NCBI GenBank assembly: GCA_047601445.1 | Contig: JASGJH010000001.1 | Location: forward strand, 5,216,001 to 5,280,000 | Source: Myxococcales bacterium | Lineage (GTDB): Bacteria > Myxococcota_A > Polyangia > Polyangiales > DASUME01 | DNA length: 64,000 nucleotides | Reading direction: 5' to 3' | Shown here: one piece after another, positions 27,653 to 40,757 of the stretch | Layout of the letters: each line of letters begins with the position of its first letter | Numbering within the stretch: the stretch's first letter is position 1 | Position numbers and translations under genes: made by a program | The notes under the pieces: generated by a model | Told to the model about the DNA's origin: nothing | Database searches by the model: none | Seen by the model: only the letters and a program-made list of their open reading frames with translations

Positions 27653-28105
27653 TCAGCGCAGCTCGAGGGCGGGCGCACCGAGTTCGCGCGCGTGTTGCGC
27701 CGCTGGCTCGGGTGCCACGTTGGCGCGCAGCATGGGGGCGAATGCGCCTCGGTAGCTGTAGGCCAGGAAGAGCTCGAGTCCGAGGATCACCGTGGGCAAC
27801 GCGAAGGCCGGCGCGAGCAAGTAGTGAACCGCCGCGATGTTCACGATGATGGGAGCTAGCAACGTGAGGGCAAGCGGCACGAAGCGGTTCGACAGGAGCA
27901 TGAGGCCCGCCGCGATCTCGATGCTCTTGATCACGGGAAACACGTAGCCACCGGCGATCAGCCCACCCACGAATGTGAGCGCGCGCTCGGGCATGGGCGG
28001 CGGACTGGGCAGGAAGTTCAGAAAGTAGTTCGACCCGAAGACCACGAATACGAGCCCGAGCAACAGGCGTGCTGCGGCCGGTGCCCACCTTGCGAAGAGG
28101 GACAT
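27653..28105 (-). CDS. DoxX family membrane protein
   Basis: ARLLLGLVFVVFGSN, EIAAGLMLL, LAPIIVNI; AAGGAG RBS. Confidence 0.85.
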   Translation of the reverse strand: MSLFARWAPAAARLLLGLVFVVFGSNYFLNFLPSPPPMPERALTFVGGLIAGGYVFPVIKSIEIAAGLMLLSNRFVPLALTLLAPIIVNIAAVHYLLAPAFALPTVILGLELFLAYSYRGAFAPMLRANVAPEPAAQHARELGAPALELR

Positions 28106-28183
28106 GACGAAGCTCCTTTGAGTTGTGCATGCAAGCTAGGGCTCCGGGAGCGAAAGCACTAGTCTGAGAGTGGACAACGTATT

Positions 28184-28200
28184 ATTGCTATTCGAGCAAT
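28184..28200. promoter_or_regulatory. Putative LysR recognition box
   Basis: ATTGCT-N5-AGCAAT dyad containing T-N11-A, overlapping the LysR start between divergent genes. Confidence 0.6.
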
Positions 28201-29092
28201 GGACCTGAATCGCGTAGCCACCTTCGTGCGCGTCGTAGAAGCCGGAACGTTCACCGCTGCGGCGTCGCGCCTGCATCTACCCACGTCTTCCGTGAGCCGC
28301 AGCGTGGCCAAGCTGGAGCAGGAGCTCGGTTTGGTGCTGCTCGAGCGCACCACGCGCCGCGTGTCGCTGACGGAAGCCGGCCGTGTGTACTTCGAGCGAG
28401 CCCGCGAGGCCGTGGCCGGACTCGACGAAGCCACGCAACTGGCCGGTGAGGCCGCGCGCGACCCGAGCGGCGTGGTGCACCTGGCTGCGCCGCCCGAGAT
28501 GGTCGGCAAGCTCGCCCAGGTGCTGGGGACCTTCATCAAGCGCTACCCCAAGGTGCACGTCGACGTGGTGAGCACCGCGCGTGGCGCGGAGTTGGTGGGC
28601 GCCGAAGTGGACATCGCCATCGTCACCGGGCGACTGGAGGACTCTTCCCTCATCGTTCGTCGCATCGGGGCCAACGTGCATCGACTGTTCGCCTCCGCCA
28701 GCTACCTCGAACGTCGCGGTCGCCCACGCACGCTGGCCTCCCTCGCGCAGCACGATGCAGTGCTCTACCGCGGCAAGGCCGGACGCCTCACCTGGGAACT
28801 CGCAGGACCCAACGGCGTGGAGAGCGTCACGGTCACGGGGGCGTTGAGTGGCGATAGCTATCAGTTCGTGTACGACGCGGTCACCGGCGGCTACGGCATC
28901 GGACTCTTGCCGGAGCTCTGCCTCTCTCACATGACGCCCTCACGTCCCCTGGTCCCCGTGCTGCCCAAGTACGCCGCCGCCGGCACGGTGCAGTCGTTGG
29001 TCTCGCCTTCGCGACACATCCCCCGGCGCGTGCTCTTGCTGCGCGAGTTCTTGAGCGAGGAGCTCGCCCAGGGCTGCACGGCGGCCAAGTAG
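28199..29092 (+). CDS. LysR family transcriptional regulator
   Basis: MDLNRVATFVRVVEAGTFTAAA...LERTTRRVSLTEAG. Confidence 0.95.
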   Translation: MDLNRVATFVRVVEAGTFTAAASRLHLPTSSVSRSVAKLEQELGLVLLERTTRRVSLTEAGRVYFERAREAVAGLDEATQLAGEAARDPSGVVHLAAPPEMVGKLAQVLGTFIKRYPKVHVDVVSTARGAELVGAEVDIAIVTGRLEDSSLIVRRIGANVHRLFASASYLERRGRPRTLASLAQHDAVLYRGKAGRLTWELAGPNGVESVTVTGALSGDSYQFVYDAVTGGYGIGLLPELCLSHMTPSRPLVPVLPKYAAAGTVQSLVSPSRHIPRRVLLLREFLSEELAQGCTAAK

Positions 29093-29095
29093 ACC

Positions 29096-30178
29096 TCACA
29101 AGCGGTGGTCACGCACCACTTCGCGCGTCGTCACGCCGCGTGCGCTGAGCTCCGCGACCGCGTTTTTCAGCAGGGCTCGCGCGTCGCCAGCTCTGCGCAG
29201 CGCGGACTCCAGGTGCGCGAGGCCCAGACCGCAGGCAAACGCATGGCCATACTTGCCGGGGGTCAGCTCCGACATCGGCGGTGTGCGCTTGGCGATGGCC
29301 CCGAACGGCCCCACCTGCGGCATGCTCCGAAAGTACTCGTGACTGCGCTCGACCCGGTCGCAGAAATGCATGTGGTCCGCGTTCTCCAGCACGAGCAGCC
29401 GCACAGGATCGGGCGTGCGCAGGAACATCTGCTCGATGCCGGGCAACGGCAGCAGCGTGTCGCGCTCCGCGGCCAGGTACAGCGTCTCGGTGCCGGGAGC
29501 GAACGTCATCTCCAGCTCTCGCTCGAGCGCCAGCGCCCACAGGGGGCCGGCCCCGCCTGCAGGCGCCATGGGCAGCACCGCACGCACGCGCGGATCGCGC
29601 GCGGCCATCACGAGGCTGGTCCAGCCGCCGAAGCTATGCCCCGTCGCGCCCACACCCAGGCTCGCATCCACCGGCCCCACCGCCCGCTCGAATTCGCCCC
29701 TGAGCAGCGCGTCCAGGCACAGGCCGAGATCCCGGGGGCGATCGAAGACGTAGCTGCCGAGCAAGGCCTCGGGGTTCTTGGGCATCTGCTGCGGCCCCAG
29801 GGAGAGTGCGAGCATCATGATGTCGTTCATGGTGTTGCCCGCGTGATCGGGCGCCACCACCACGTAGCCGTGGCTGGCGAGGTGGGTGCAAAAGAAGGTG
29901 GACTGTCGTCGGTGACCCGCGAAGCCATGGGAGAACAGCGCGCAAGGCAGCGCTTCGCTACTCGGCCCGGCATCGCGAACCGCGGGCTGCTTGACTTTGA
30001 AACCACCGAACAGCGGGTACTCGTCCTGCCGCGCGGCGTCGAGATCGGCTCCCTGATGGACCGCACCTGCCGGGTACCACACCTCCACCACGATGCGCCG
30101 ACCGTTGCGGTCGGGATCGGAGAGCTCGCGTGTGATGACGCCAACCGGATGGGGCCCACGGCCAAAAAAGTCGCGCAT
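29096..30178 (-). CDS. Alpha/beta hydrolase (PAF-acetylhydrolase/dienelactone-hydrolase-like)
   Basis: FSHG, LASHGYVVVAPDH, GHSFGG nucleophile elbow, ADHMHF. Confidence 0.88.
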   Translation of the reverse strand: MRDFFGRGPHPVGVITRELSDPDRNGRRIVVEVWYPAGAVHQGADLDAARQDEYPLFGGFKVKQPAVRDAGPSSEALPCALFSHGFAGHRRQSTFFCTHLASHGYVVVAPDHAGNTMNDIMMLALSLGPQQMPKNPEALLGSYVFDRPRDLGLCLDALLRGEFERAVGPVDASLGVGATGHSFGGWTSLVMAARDPRVRAVLPMAPAGGAGPLWALALERELEMTFAPGTETLYLAAERDTLLPLPGIEQMFLRTPDPVRLLVLENADHMHFCDRVERSHEYFRSMPQVGPFGAIAKRTPPMSELTPGKYGHAFACGLGLAHLESALRRAGDARALLKNAVAELSARGVTTREVVRDHRL

Positions 30179-30269
30179 GAAGGCCAAATGTAGCCGAGGC
30201 TGCCAAGCAGGCAGGCGGCCATCCTTGAGCGCAGAAAGGATGGCTCCCAGCGCGGCTTTGCGGCGCTTT

Positions 30270-30348
30270 GCGTGCTCGTGCTCGTGCTCGGTCGTTTGGC
30301 AGGTCCGTCACCGGGCTGTGGCGCGGACGAGCACGAGCACGAGCACGC
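30270..30348. repeat. 21-bp perfect inverted repeat built from CGTGCT hexamers, 37-bp spacer
   Basis: GCGTGCTCGTGCTCGTGCTCG (30270-30290) and CGAGCACGAGCACGAGCACGC (30328-30348). Confidence 0.9.
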
Positions 30349-30479
30349 AGGGGATGGATGGGTAGGTCTCCCTGTTAATGAGGCTTTCTGCCGCCACATT
30401 GGGGCGCACTTGCCTGTTTGGAGTAGTGCACGAAGTGCTGGAGAGCGCTGATTTCGGCGCCGCCTTTCAGGATCGCAGC

Positions 30480-30495
30480 TGGCCCGAGACGTGCA
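30480..30495 (+). promoter_or_regulatory. Sigma-54 promoter for the second usp
   Basis: TGGCCCG-AGAC-GTGCA, GG-N10-GC, about 31 bp before ATG. Confidence 0.6.
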
Positions 30496-30526
30496 GAGTT
30501 ACCCCCCACGCACAGAAGGAGATGCC

Positions 30527-30982
30527 ATGGGCAACCCCAGCCAAAAGAAGATCCTGTGTCCGGTCGACTTTTCTCCCGGCTCCGAGACCGCCATCGAGAA
30601 GGCACGTGAGCTCGCGGGCGCACTAGGTGCCGAGCTGGAGCTGCTCCATGCCTATCAAATGCCGGTGCTCGCGCTGCCCGACTCGAGCGTGACCGTGAGC
30701 CCGACCTATCTGGTGGAGCTCACCAATCGCGCCCAGCAGGAGCTCGACAAGCACGCCACCCAGCTCGAGGAGGACGGCATCACCACCACCACGCGCGTCC
30801 TCGAGGGCAACCCCGCGGAGACCATCGTGGACTGCGCGCGAGACACCGGCGCCACCATGATCGTGATGGGCACCCATGGCCGCAGCGGCTTCAGGCGCTT
30901 CTTGCTCGGCAGCACGGCCGAGCGCGTGGTGAGGATGGCCACCGTTCCGGTCCTCACGGTGCACGTGAGCGAGACGGAATAG
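30527..30982 (+). CDS. Universal stress protein
   Basis: [41 protein letters not shown]. Confidence 0.95.
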   Translation: MGNPSQKKILCPVDFSPGSETAIEKARELAGALGAELELLHAYQMPVLALPDSSVTVSPTYLVELTNRAQQELDKHATQLEEDGITTTTRVLEGNPAETIVDCARDTGATMIVMGTHGRSGFRRFLLGSTAERVVRMATVPVLTVHVSETE

Positions 30983-31032
30983 AGGTCACGCGGCCTGCCC
31001 GCCCGTCGCGGTAACGCCGCGCCGGGCCCCAC
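30982..31032. repeat. Degenerate partial copy of the ~87-bp REP-like element
   Basis: GAGGTCACGCGGCCTGCCCGCCCGTCGCGGTAACGCCGCGCCGGG matches the reverse complement of the 47.5-kb copies. Confidence 0.75.
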
Positions 31033-31085
31033 TGGGCGCTGCCTTTGGCTTGCTGAAAGCCAGCGGTTTCGTTACGAAACGGCCC

Positions 31086-32897
31086 ATGCACGCCTTTCCG
31101 TTGATGCTCGGGGCCGTCTGCGTGGCCGTGATCGCCTACCGGTACTATTCGGCCTTCATCGCGGCCAAGGTGCTGTGTCTCGACGACGCCCAGGTCACGC
31201 CTGCCCACCGCCTCAACGATGGCCAAAACTACGTGCCCACCAACCGCTGGGTGCTGTTCGGCCACCACTTCGCCGCCATCACAGGAGCCGGCCCGCTGGT
31301 GGGTCCCACGCTGGCAGCCCAGTTCGGATACCTGCCCGGATATCTCTGGATCCTCATCGGCGTGGTGCTCGGCGGCGCGGTCCACGACTTCGTGATCCTC
31401 ACGGCGTCCATGCGCCGCGACGGCAAGTCATTGGCCGAGATCGCGCGTCAGGAGATCGGCCCCACCAGCGGGCTCGTGGCCGGCCTGGCGATCCTCTTCA
31501 TCATCACCATCGCCATCGCCGCCATGGGCAAGGTAGTCGTGATGGCCCTTGCAGAGAGTGCTTGGGGCACCTTCACCATCGGCATGACGGTGCCCATCGC
31601 CCTGTTGATGGGACTGTGGATGTATCGCATCCGCCCGGGCAAGATCAGTGAGGCCACCACCCTCGGCGTCGTGCTCCTCCTCTTCTGCGTGGTCGCGGGC
31701 AAGTGGGTCGCCGAGTCGAGCTGGGCGCCCACCTTTTTGCTCAGCGAGACCACGCTCGTGGTGTCCATCGCCATCTACGGCTTCGTGGCCTCGGTGCTAC
31801 CCGTGTGGATGCTGCTATGCCCGCGCGACTATCTGTCGTCGTACCTGAAGATCGGCACCATCGCCGCGCTCATCCTGGGCATCCTGTTCGTGAACCCGGA
31901 GCTCAAGCAGCCCGCGCTGAGCCAGTTCGTGGACGGCGGTCCCATCGTGCCGGGCAAGCTTTTCCCCTTCGTGTTCATCACCATCGCCTGCGGCGCCATC
32001 AGCGGCTTCCACGGCCTCATCGCGAGCGGCACGACGCCCAAGATGATCAAAGTGGAGAGCGACGCCCGCATGATCGGCTACGGCGCCATGCTCATGGAGG
32101 GCATCGTGGGCGTGGTGGCGTTGATCGCGGCGAGTTCCCTCGCGCCAGGCGACTACTTCGCCATCAACACTCCGGCCGACAAATTCGCCCTGCTCGGCAT
32201 GCACACGGAGAGCCTCACCGAGCTCAGCGAGCAGATCGGCGAGCGCCTCGCGGGTCGCACCGGCGGCGCGGTGTCGTTGGCAGTAGGCATGAGTCAGATC
32301 TTCTCGAACCTGCCGGGCTTCCGCACGCTGATCTCGTACTGGTACCACTTCGCGATCATGTTCGAGGCCTTGTTCATCCTCACCACGGTGGACACAGGAA
32401 CTCGTGTGGCTCGATTCCTCGTGCAAGAGTTCCTGGGTAGGGTGAGTCCCAAGCTCGCGCGCACCGACTGGCTGCCCGGGACGTTGTTCTCGACGACCCT
32501 GGTGTGCCTGAGCTGGGGCTACCTGGTTTGGACGGGCAGCATCTCCACCATCTGGCCCATGCTCGGGATCTCCAATCAGCTACTGGCTTGCATCGCGCTG
32601 TGCGCCGCCACCACGCTCACCATCAATCGCGGGAGGAGCAAGTACGCCTGGGTCACGCTACTGCCGCTGTTGTTCGTGGGCGTCGCCACCGAAACCGCGG
32701 GCTATCAGCTCATTCGCGATCAATTCATCCCCAAGCTGATCGGCTCGGGCGTGCCCGACAAGATGTTCCAGGGCTACCTACTCTCGAGTTTGTGTGCGCT
32801 GGCGATGGTGGCCTTGATCGCTATCTTCCTCGCGTCGCTGAGCCGCTGGTTGAAGCCGCGCGCCGATCAGACGCGCGAGCAGGTTGCCGAGGCATAG
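31086..32897 (+). CDS. cstA: Carbon starvation protein CstA (peptide/pyruvate transporter family)
   Basis: [48 protein letters not shown]. Confidence 0.95.
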   Translation: MHAFPLMLGAVCVAVIAYRYYSAFIAAKVLCLDDAQVTPAHRLNDGQNYVPTNRWVLFGHHFAAITGAGPLVGPTLAAQFGYLPGYLWILIGVVLGGAVHDFVILTASMRRDGKSLAEIARQEIGPTSGLVAGLAILFIITIAIAAMGKVVVMALAESAWGTFTIGMTVPIALLMGLWMYRIRPGKISEATTLGVVLLLFCVVAGKWVAESSWAPTFLLSETTLVVSIAIYGFVASVLPVWMLLCPRDYLSSYLKIGTIAALILGILFVNPELKQPALSQFVDGGPIVPGKLFPFVFITIACGAISGFHGLIASGTTPKMIKVESDARMIGYGAMLMEGIVGVVALIAASSLAPGDYFAINTPADKFALLGMHTESLTELSEQIGERLAGRTGGAVSLAVGMSQIFSNLPGFRTLISYWYHFAIMFEALFILTTVDTGTRVARFLVQEFLGRVSPKLARTDWLPGTLFSTTLVCLSWGYLVWTGSISTIWPMLGISNQLLACIALCAATTLTINRGRSKYAWVTLLPLLFVGVATETAGYQLIRDQFIPKLIGSGVPDKMFQGYLLSSLCALAMVALIAIFLASLSRWLKPRADQTREQVAEA

Positions 32898-32991
32898 CCC
32901 GCAGCGCGCGAGGCACGCGCCGCAGGGACATGCGCATCCCGACCTAGGAGAAGCGAATCTCGACTCATCCCAGCTGGGAGGAGGCGCGCGG

Positions 32992-33008
32992 TTGGCATGA
33001 AAAACGCC
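32992..33008 (+). promoter_or_regulatory. Possible sigma-54 promoter for the hybrid kinase
   Basis: TTGGCATG-AAAA-ACGCC, GG-N10-GC; weak -12 element. Confidence 0.35.
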
Positions 33009-33213
33009 CGGACTTTCTGGGCTTTTCGTCATTTTTAAAAGTGGCGTCGGCGCGCGAAAACCCGCACAGTCGCAGTCGACAGTTCGCTCTTGGGTCTCCG
33101 TTCTTCGCAGTTCGTGACGGATGCATTTGCAGTGCTCGCGAGCCCACCCGCTCGCCCAGCAGTACGTGCTCGCTCGCTTCGACCGACGCCCCCGACCGAT
33201 CGTGAAAGAACCC

Positions 33214-35480
<2,267 letters not shown>

Positions 35481-35484
<4 letters not shown>

Positions 35485-35930
35485 GCGATCGAGCTCGCAA
35501 GGTTCCAGAGCGAAGTACCTTCGGCGTGCGACCGGGCACGCTGCGGATTGGCACGAGTCCGCGCATCCGGAGGCTCCGACGCGTGCTGGTCGTGGACGAT
35601 GACCCGGTGGTGCGCCAGGTGGTGGCCACCATCTTGAGCACGCGCGGCTACGATGTGGTGGTGCGAGGCGAAGCCCTCGGGACCCTGGCGGTCATCGCGC
35701 GTGAACAGCCGGACATCGTGGTGCTCGACGTGAACATGCCCGGACTCAGCGGCGACGCTCTGGCCCGCCTCGTGAGCAACCGAGCTGGGAAGGCGCCCCA
35801 GGTGATCCTGCATTCCTCGCAGCCCCATGGCGAGCTCGCTAGGCTCGCGCAGGAGGCAGGGGCGCTGGGCGCGATCGAAAAGGGAGATCCGAGGGATTTC
35901 TTGGAAGCTTTCGAGGCGTTGGTGGGCTAG
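35481..35930 (+). CDS. Single-domain response regulator
   Basis: VLVVDDD, VLDVNMPG; ATGA overlap with the kinase. Confidence 0.9.
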
Positions 35931-35949
35931 CAGCCAGCGCCCTATCCCC

Positions 35950-37470
35950 TCACCCGATCTTCTCCGCCAGGAACCCGCGCACCTTGTCGATCGCGATGCG
36001 CTCCTGCTGCTGCGTATCCCGATGCCGCACGGTCACCGTCTGGTCCGTCAGCGTGTCCCCATCCACCGTGAAGCAGTACGGCGTGCCCTGCTCGTCCATG
36101 CGCGCGTAGCGCTTGCCGATGGTCTGCTTCATGTCCACCTGGCAAGGCCAGGTGCGCGCCAGGTCGTCGTAGAGCTTCTGCGCGACCTCGGGCATACCCT
36201 CTTTCTGCACCACCGGGAACACGCCCGCCTTCACGGGCGCCATGCGCGGATGGAACTTGAGGTACACCCCGCTCGGACGCGTGGTGTCCGGCGTATACGC
36301 CTCGCACAACACCGCCAGCACGCCGCGCGACAGGCCCGCCGAGGGCTCCACCACGTGCGGCACGAAGCGCTGCTGGGTGTCGGTGTCGAAGTACGACAGG
36401 TTGGTCTTGGAGAACTTCTGGTGCTGCTGCAGGTCGAAGTCGCTGCGGTGCGCCACGCCCTCGAGCTCACCATAGCCCGGCCAGGAGAACGGGAAGCGAT
36501 ACTCGATATCGACCGTGCCGGCGCCTTCCTTGGCGTAGTGCGCGAGCTCGTCGCGCTCGTGGGCGCGCACCTTGAGGTTCGCGCTCGTGACGCCCACCTT
36601 GTTCCACCACTTGGCGCGCGTGTCGGCCCAGAACTCGAACCACATCTTGGCCTCGTCCGGATGGCAGAACCACTCGATCTCCATCTGCTCGAACTCGCGC
36701 GAGCGGAAGATGAAGTTGCGCGGCGTGACCTCGTTGCGGAACGCCTTGCCCACCTGGGCGATGCCGAAGGGCACGCGCACGCGCGAGGTGTCCACCACGT
36801 TCTTGAAGTTGAGGAAGATGCCCTGGGCCGTCTCGGGCCGCAGATAGGCGATGTTGTCCTCGCTCTGCAGGGCGCCCACGTAGGTCTTGAACATCAGGTT
36901 GAACTGGCGCGGCTCCGTGAGCGTGCCCTTCTCCTTGGCGTCCGGCCCGTAGATGTTCGCGTAGGACTCCACCGGCAGCCCGATCAGGTCGATCACGTCG
37001 AACTCTTCGGCACTCTTGCCCTTGAGCAGCTTGCCGAGGCGCTTCTTGGCGTCCTCGTCCTCACCCTCCACGAAGGCCACCATCGGCAGCGCCGCGTCGG
37101 TCTTGTGCTTGAAGACCTTGAGGTGGTCCGCGCGATAGCGCCGCTTACTCTCCTTGCAGTCCACCATGGGGTCGTTGAAACCCGCCACGTGGCCCGAGGC
37201 CTCCCAGGTCTTGGGGTTCTGGATCAGCGCGGTGTCCAGGCCGACCATGCTGAGCGTCTTGCCGTCGGGTCCCGCCGGCGGACAGCGGACCATGTCGTTC
37301 CACCAGGCGTCGCGCAGGTTGTTGCGGAGCTCCACGCCGAGCGGCCCGAAGTCCCAGAAACCGTTGATTCCCCCGTAAATCTCGCTGGCAGGGAAGATGA
37401 ATCCGCGGCGCTTACACAGCGCGACCAGGTCATCCATGGAGAAAGGCTTCTGAGAGGCGTCGGTACTCAT
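35950..37470 (-). CDS. glyQS: Glycine--tRNA ligase, alpha2 type
   Basis: LCKRRGFIFP, YLRPETAQG, GKAFRNE, FRSREFEQME, anticodon domain IGKRYARMDE. Confidence 0.97.
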   Translation of the reverse strand: MSTDASQKPFSMDDLVALCKRRGFIFPASEIYGGINGFWDFGPLGVELRNNLRDAWWNDMVRCPPAGPDGKTLSMVGLDTALIQNPKTWEASGHVAGFNDPMVDCKESKRRYRADHLKVFKHKTDAALPMVAFVEGEDEDAKKRLGKLLKGKSAEEFDVIDLIGLPVESYANIYGPDAKEKGTLTEPRQFNLMFKTYVGALQSEDNIAYLRPETAQGIFLNFKNVVDTSRVRVPFGIAQVGKAFRNEVTPRNFIFRSREFEQMEIEWFCHPDEAKMWFEFWADTRAKWWNKVGVTSANLKVRAHERDELAHYAKEGAGTVDIEYRFPFSWPGYGELEGVAHRSDFDLQQHQKFSKTNLSYFDTDTQQRFVPHVVEPSAGLSRGVLAVLCEAYTPDTTRPSGVYLKFHPRMAPVKAGVFPVVQKEGMPEVAQKLYDDLARTWPCQVDMKQTIGKRYARMDEQGTPYCFTVDGDTLTDQTVTVRHRDTQQQERIAIDKVRGFLAEKIG

Positions 37471-37523
37471 AGAGGGCCCGATCGTACCGGTCCCCTCACG
37501 CCAGGCAACCCAGCAAAAGCCTG

Positions 37524-37934
37524 TTACTTCGTGGCGATCGAATCGTAGCCCGCCCCCCGAAACTCGAGGAAGCAGAAGCCGTGGCCGAAGGGGTCACTCA
37601 GCACGGCGAGCAGCCCATAGGGCTCTTCCGCCACCGGCCGCTCCAACTTGGCCCCGGCGGCCAGCGCCCGCGCCACCGCCGCCTCGAGGTCGGGGACCAC
37701 GAAGTCCAGATGCAGCGGGCACCAGTGACGGTCGTAGTCCCGCCCCCGCTGGGCCCCGACGAAGGGCGGCTTTCCTGCGGCCTGCTGCAGCAGATAGATG
37801 GGCACCGGCGCCCCCAGGAGCTCCAAGAAATCCGTCCCCAGCTGGCGGCCAATCCGCAGCCCAAACGCCTCCGTGTAAAAGTTCCGTGCACGCCCGATGT
37901 CGTCGACGTCGATGTTCACCAAGAGCTCGGTCAC
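37524..37934 (-). CDS. VOC/glyoxalase family protein
   Basis: LVNIDVDDI, HLDFVV, DPFGHGFC. Confidence 0.88.
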   Translation of the reverse strand: MTELLVNIDVDDIGRARNFYTEAFGLRIGRQLGTDFLELLGAPVPIYLLQQAAGKPPFVGAQRGRDYDRHWCPLHLDFVVPDLEAAVARALAAGAKLERPVAEEPYGLLAVLSDPFGHGFCFLEFRGAGYDSIATK

Positions 37935-38105
37935 AGCAGGCCTCTTTCCTCGGTAATTGGCCCCTAGGTAGGCCCGCCGCCCGCGCAGCCAGGCCGGCGC
38001 CACCGCCCACCCCTTCGTTGACCCCCGGGGACGGCCACTGTATCAAGGCCCCTGCGGAAAACCGCCGTGTTCACGGCAGTTTCAAATTCTCGACCCGGGT
38101 TCCCC

Positions 38106-39665
38106 ATGGCGCTCTTCGTACACAACACGCTGACCAAGAAAAAAGAACCCTTCGTGACGGCCCAGCCCAAGGTGGCCCGCATCTACACCTGCGGCCTCAC
38201 GGTCTACGACCCGATGCACATCGGGCACGCCCGCACCTATTGCTTCTGGGACATGTTCCGGCGCTACCTCGAGTACCGCGGGTACCACGTGGTCAGCGTG
38301 ATCAACTACACGGACATCGACGACCGCATCATCCAGAAGAGTGGCGAGCGCGAGGGGGCCATCGACGTGGCCGAGCGCAACATCGCGGGCTTCCGCCGCG
38401 ACACCCGGCGCCTGCACATCAAGGACTACGCGGTCTACACGCGCGCCACGGACTTCATCGAGGAGCAGGTGAGCATGGTGAAGGGGCTGGTGGAGAAGCA
38501 CCACGCCTACACCGTGGACTCCGAGGTGCTCTACGAAGTGCAGAGCTACGCCCCCTACGGTCAGCTCTCGGGTCGCAAGCTCGACGAGCAAGAAGTGGGC
38601 GCCAGCGGACGCGTCGAAGAGGACTTCGCCCGCAAGAAGCACCCCGCCGATTTCACGCTCTGGAAGCCCACCGATCCGGGCGAGCCGAGCTGGAGCACCG
38701 GCGTGAACGATTGGCCCCAGGGGCGCCCCGGCTGGCACATCGAGTGCTCCGCCATGAGCACGGCCTTGCTCGGCAACCACTTCGACGTCCACGGCGGCGG
38801 CATCGACAACATGTTCCCGCACCACGAAAACGAGATCGCCCAGAGCGAGCCCCTCTGCGGGCGGCCCTGGGTGCGCTACTGGCTGCACCCGGAGCACCTC
38901 GCGCTCAAGGACGAGAAGACGCAAGAGTTCGTCAAGATGTCCAAGAGCATCGGCAACGTGATCGGCATCGAGCAGCTACTCAGCAAGCACAGCCACGACG
39001 AAGTGCGCTGGTTCTATTCCACCCAGCATTACCGGGCGAAGCTGCCCTTCAACTGGGAACTCCTCGAGCAGTCGAGCCACGGCTACACGCGCATCAAGAA
39101 GCTCGTCAACGTGCTCGCTAGCAAGCTGCGCGGCAAGGGCGAGATCGCGCTGCCACCCGGACTCTATGCCTCCCAGCGCAGCGACGAAGAGCGCGTGCCG
39201 CGCCAGCGCCACCGCTTGGTCCACGGTGACTACGCCGCCGAGAGCCAGGCCTTCCTGACCCGCTTCGTCGAGGCCATGGACGACGACCTCAACACGCCCA
39301 ACGCGGTGGCCGCGCTGTTCGACTACGTGAGCGCGCTCTACGCCAAGGGCATCGAACAGAACGAGAACCTGTCCGCGCTGCTGGCGGTGTACCGCACACT
39401 GGTGCTGCACTTGAGCGTGTTCGGCGTGGAGATCGCAGAGCCCGAGCTGTTCCCCGAACTCATCCCGGACTACGCCGTGGCGCCCGAGCCCGGCGCCCAG
39501 GCGGGTCGCGGCGGCGATGGCGCCATCGATCGCTTGCTCGCCATGCGCACCGAGGCTCGCAAGGCCAAGGACTTCGCCAAGTCCGACGCCATCCGCAACC
39601 TGCTCACCGAGGCGGGCGTGCTGCTCGAAGACACGCCGCAGGGACCGCGCTGGAGCGTTGGTTAA
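38106..39665 (+). CDS. cysS: Cysteine--tRNA ligase
   Basis: CGLTVY, HIGH, GRPGWHIECSAM, FPHHENE, KMSKS. Confidence 0.97.
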   Translation: MALFVHNTLTKKKEPFVTAQPKVARIYTCGLTVYDPMHIGHARTYCFWDMFRRYLEYRGYHVVSVINYTDIDDRIIQKSGEREGAIDVAERNIAGFRRDTRRLHIKDYAVYTRATDFIEEQVSMVKGLVEKHHAYTVDSEVLYEVQSYAPYGQLSGRKLDEQEVGASGRVEEDFARKKHPADFTLWKPTDPGEPSWSTGVNDWPQGRPGWHIECSAMSTALLGNHFDVHGGGIDNMFPHHENEIAQSEPLCGRPWVRYWLHPEHLALKDEKTQEFVKMSKSIGNVIGIEQLLSKHSHDEVRWFYSTQHYRAKLPFNWELLEQSSHGYTRIKKLVNVLASKLRGKGEIALPPGLYASQRSDEERVPRQRHRLVHGDYAAESQAFLTRFVEAMDDDLNTPNAVAALFDYVSALYAKGIEQNENLSALLAVYRTLVLHLSVFGVEIAEPELFPELIPDYAVAPEPGAQAGRGGDGAIDRLLAMRTEARKAKDFAKSDAIRNLLTEAGVLLEDTPQGPRWSVG

Positions 39666-39666
39666 A

Positions 39667-39793
39667 CGGGGAGGGCACGCGCCCTCCCCGCCCAACGCGG
39701 CAAAGCCGCGCCGGGACCCACCCCGCCGCGAGGTTCGCTGCGCTCACGGTGTGCACTCGCTATTCCTCCAAAGAGGGCACGCGCCCTCCCCGC
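39667..39793. repeat. REP-like element (one full copy plus a partial second copy) between convergent genes
   Basis: Reverse-complement match to 47493-47684; terminal hairpin CGGGGAGGGC-ACGC-GCCCTCCCCG. Confidence 0.88.
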
Positions 39794-39804
39794 TCTCGGG
39801 CAGC

Positions 39805-40674
39805 TCAGCGCCCGAGCGCAATCAGCATCACGCCGCAGGCGATCAGCGTGGCGCACGACACGCGTCGCATCAGCTGCCCTTCCGCCAACAGGCGCGCTCC
39901 GAAGAACGCGCCGAACAACATGGAAAGCTCACGCGCGGGCGCCACGTAGCTCACCGGCGCATGGCGTAGCGCCGTCAACACCAGGATGTATCCGAGCGGT
40001 CCGAGCACACCCACCACCAGCGCGTAGCGCCAGGTGCGTCGCCATTCGCGCACCAGGGCGTCGCGGCGCGAGAGCGCGGGCAAGCCTCGCACGAGGACCC
40101 GGAAGACGTGGGAGCCGTAGTCGAGCACCAGGGGGGCGATGGCAATGGTGCGCACGGCGTAAGCATCCAGCGTGGTGTAGCCCGCGATGAAGAGCCCCGT
40201 GAGAGCTCCCCACATGAGCCCGGCACGCACGCGCCCTTCCCGCGAGCGCAAGAGCGACGACCCACCTGCCAGCAAGAACACGCCCAGGATCACCACCGAG
40301 GCCCCGATCAACCCCTGCACGCTCGGGCGCTCTCCGAGCAACGATGCAGCGAGCCCCAAGCTCAAGAGCGGACCCGTACCACGCGCGACTGGATACACCA
40401 GCGACAAGTCCGCCTCACGGTAGCCGCGCTGCAGCACGTTCACGTAGAGGATGTGCAGGACGGCCGAAGCCAGCATGATGAGCCATGCCTTGCCTCCGCT
40501 CGGCAGTCCCTCTTTGGCAACTACCCACGCCACTGGCAGCGCGAAGACCACCAAGGAAACCAGCGAGCAGAGCAGGAGAAACAGTTGGCGTCCCTGCGCA
40601 CGCTTGGCGGCAAAGTTCCACGTCGCGTGCATGATCGCCGCGGCGAGTACCAGACCGAGGGCCGTGAGGGACAC
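39805..40674 (-). CDS. EamA/DMT family transporter
   Basis: AAIMHATWN, DLSLVYPVARGTGP, VSYVAPARELS; about 10 TM. Confidence 0.92.
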   Translation of the reverse strand: MSLTALGLVLAAAIMHATWNFAAKRAQGRQLFLLLCSLVSLVVFALPVAWVVAKEGLPSGGKAWLIMLASAVLHILYVNVLQRGYREADLSLVYPVARGTGPLLSLGLAASLLGERPSVQGLIGASVVILGVFLLAGGSSLLRSREGRVRAGLMWGALTGLFIAGYTTLDAYAVRTIAIAPLVLDYGSHVFRVLVRGLPALSRRDALVREWRRTWRYALVVGVLGPLGYILVLTALRHAPVSYVAPARELSMLFGAFFGARLLAEGQLMRRVSCATLIACGVMLIALGR

Positions 40675-40757
40675 ATCGTGTTCTTACTAATCGCTCCCCG
40701 AGTCGCAAGCGCGATCGCCCCGGATGACACCTCAACGGGTGATCACGCGAGAAATCA

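Noticed and set aside
35950..39665. glyQS and cysS as specialised biosynthetic paralogs
   Set aside because: Catalytic and anticodon-binding regions look complete and no biosynthetic genes are adjacent; small insertions alone are not enough
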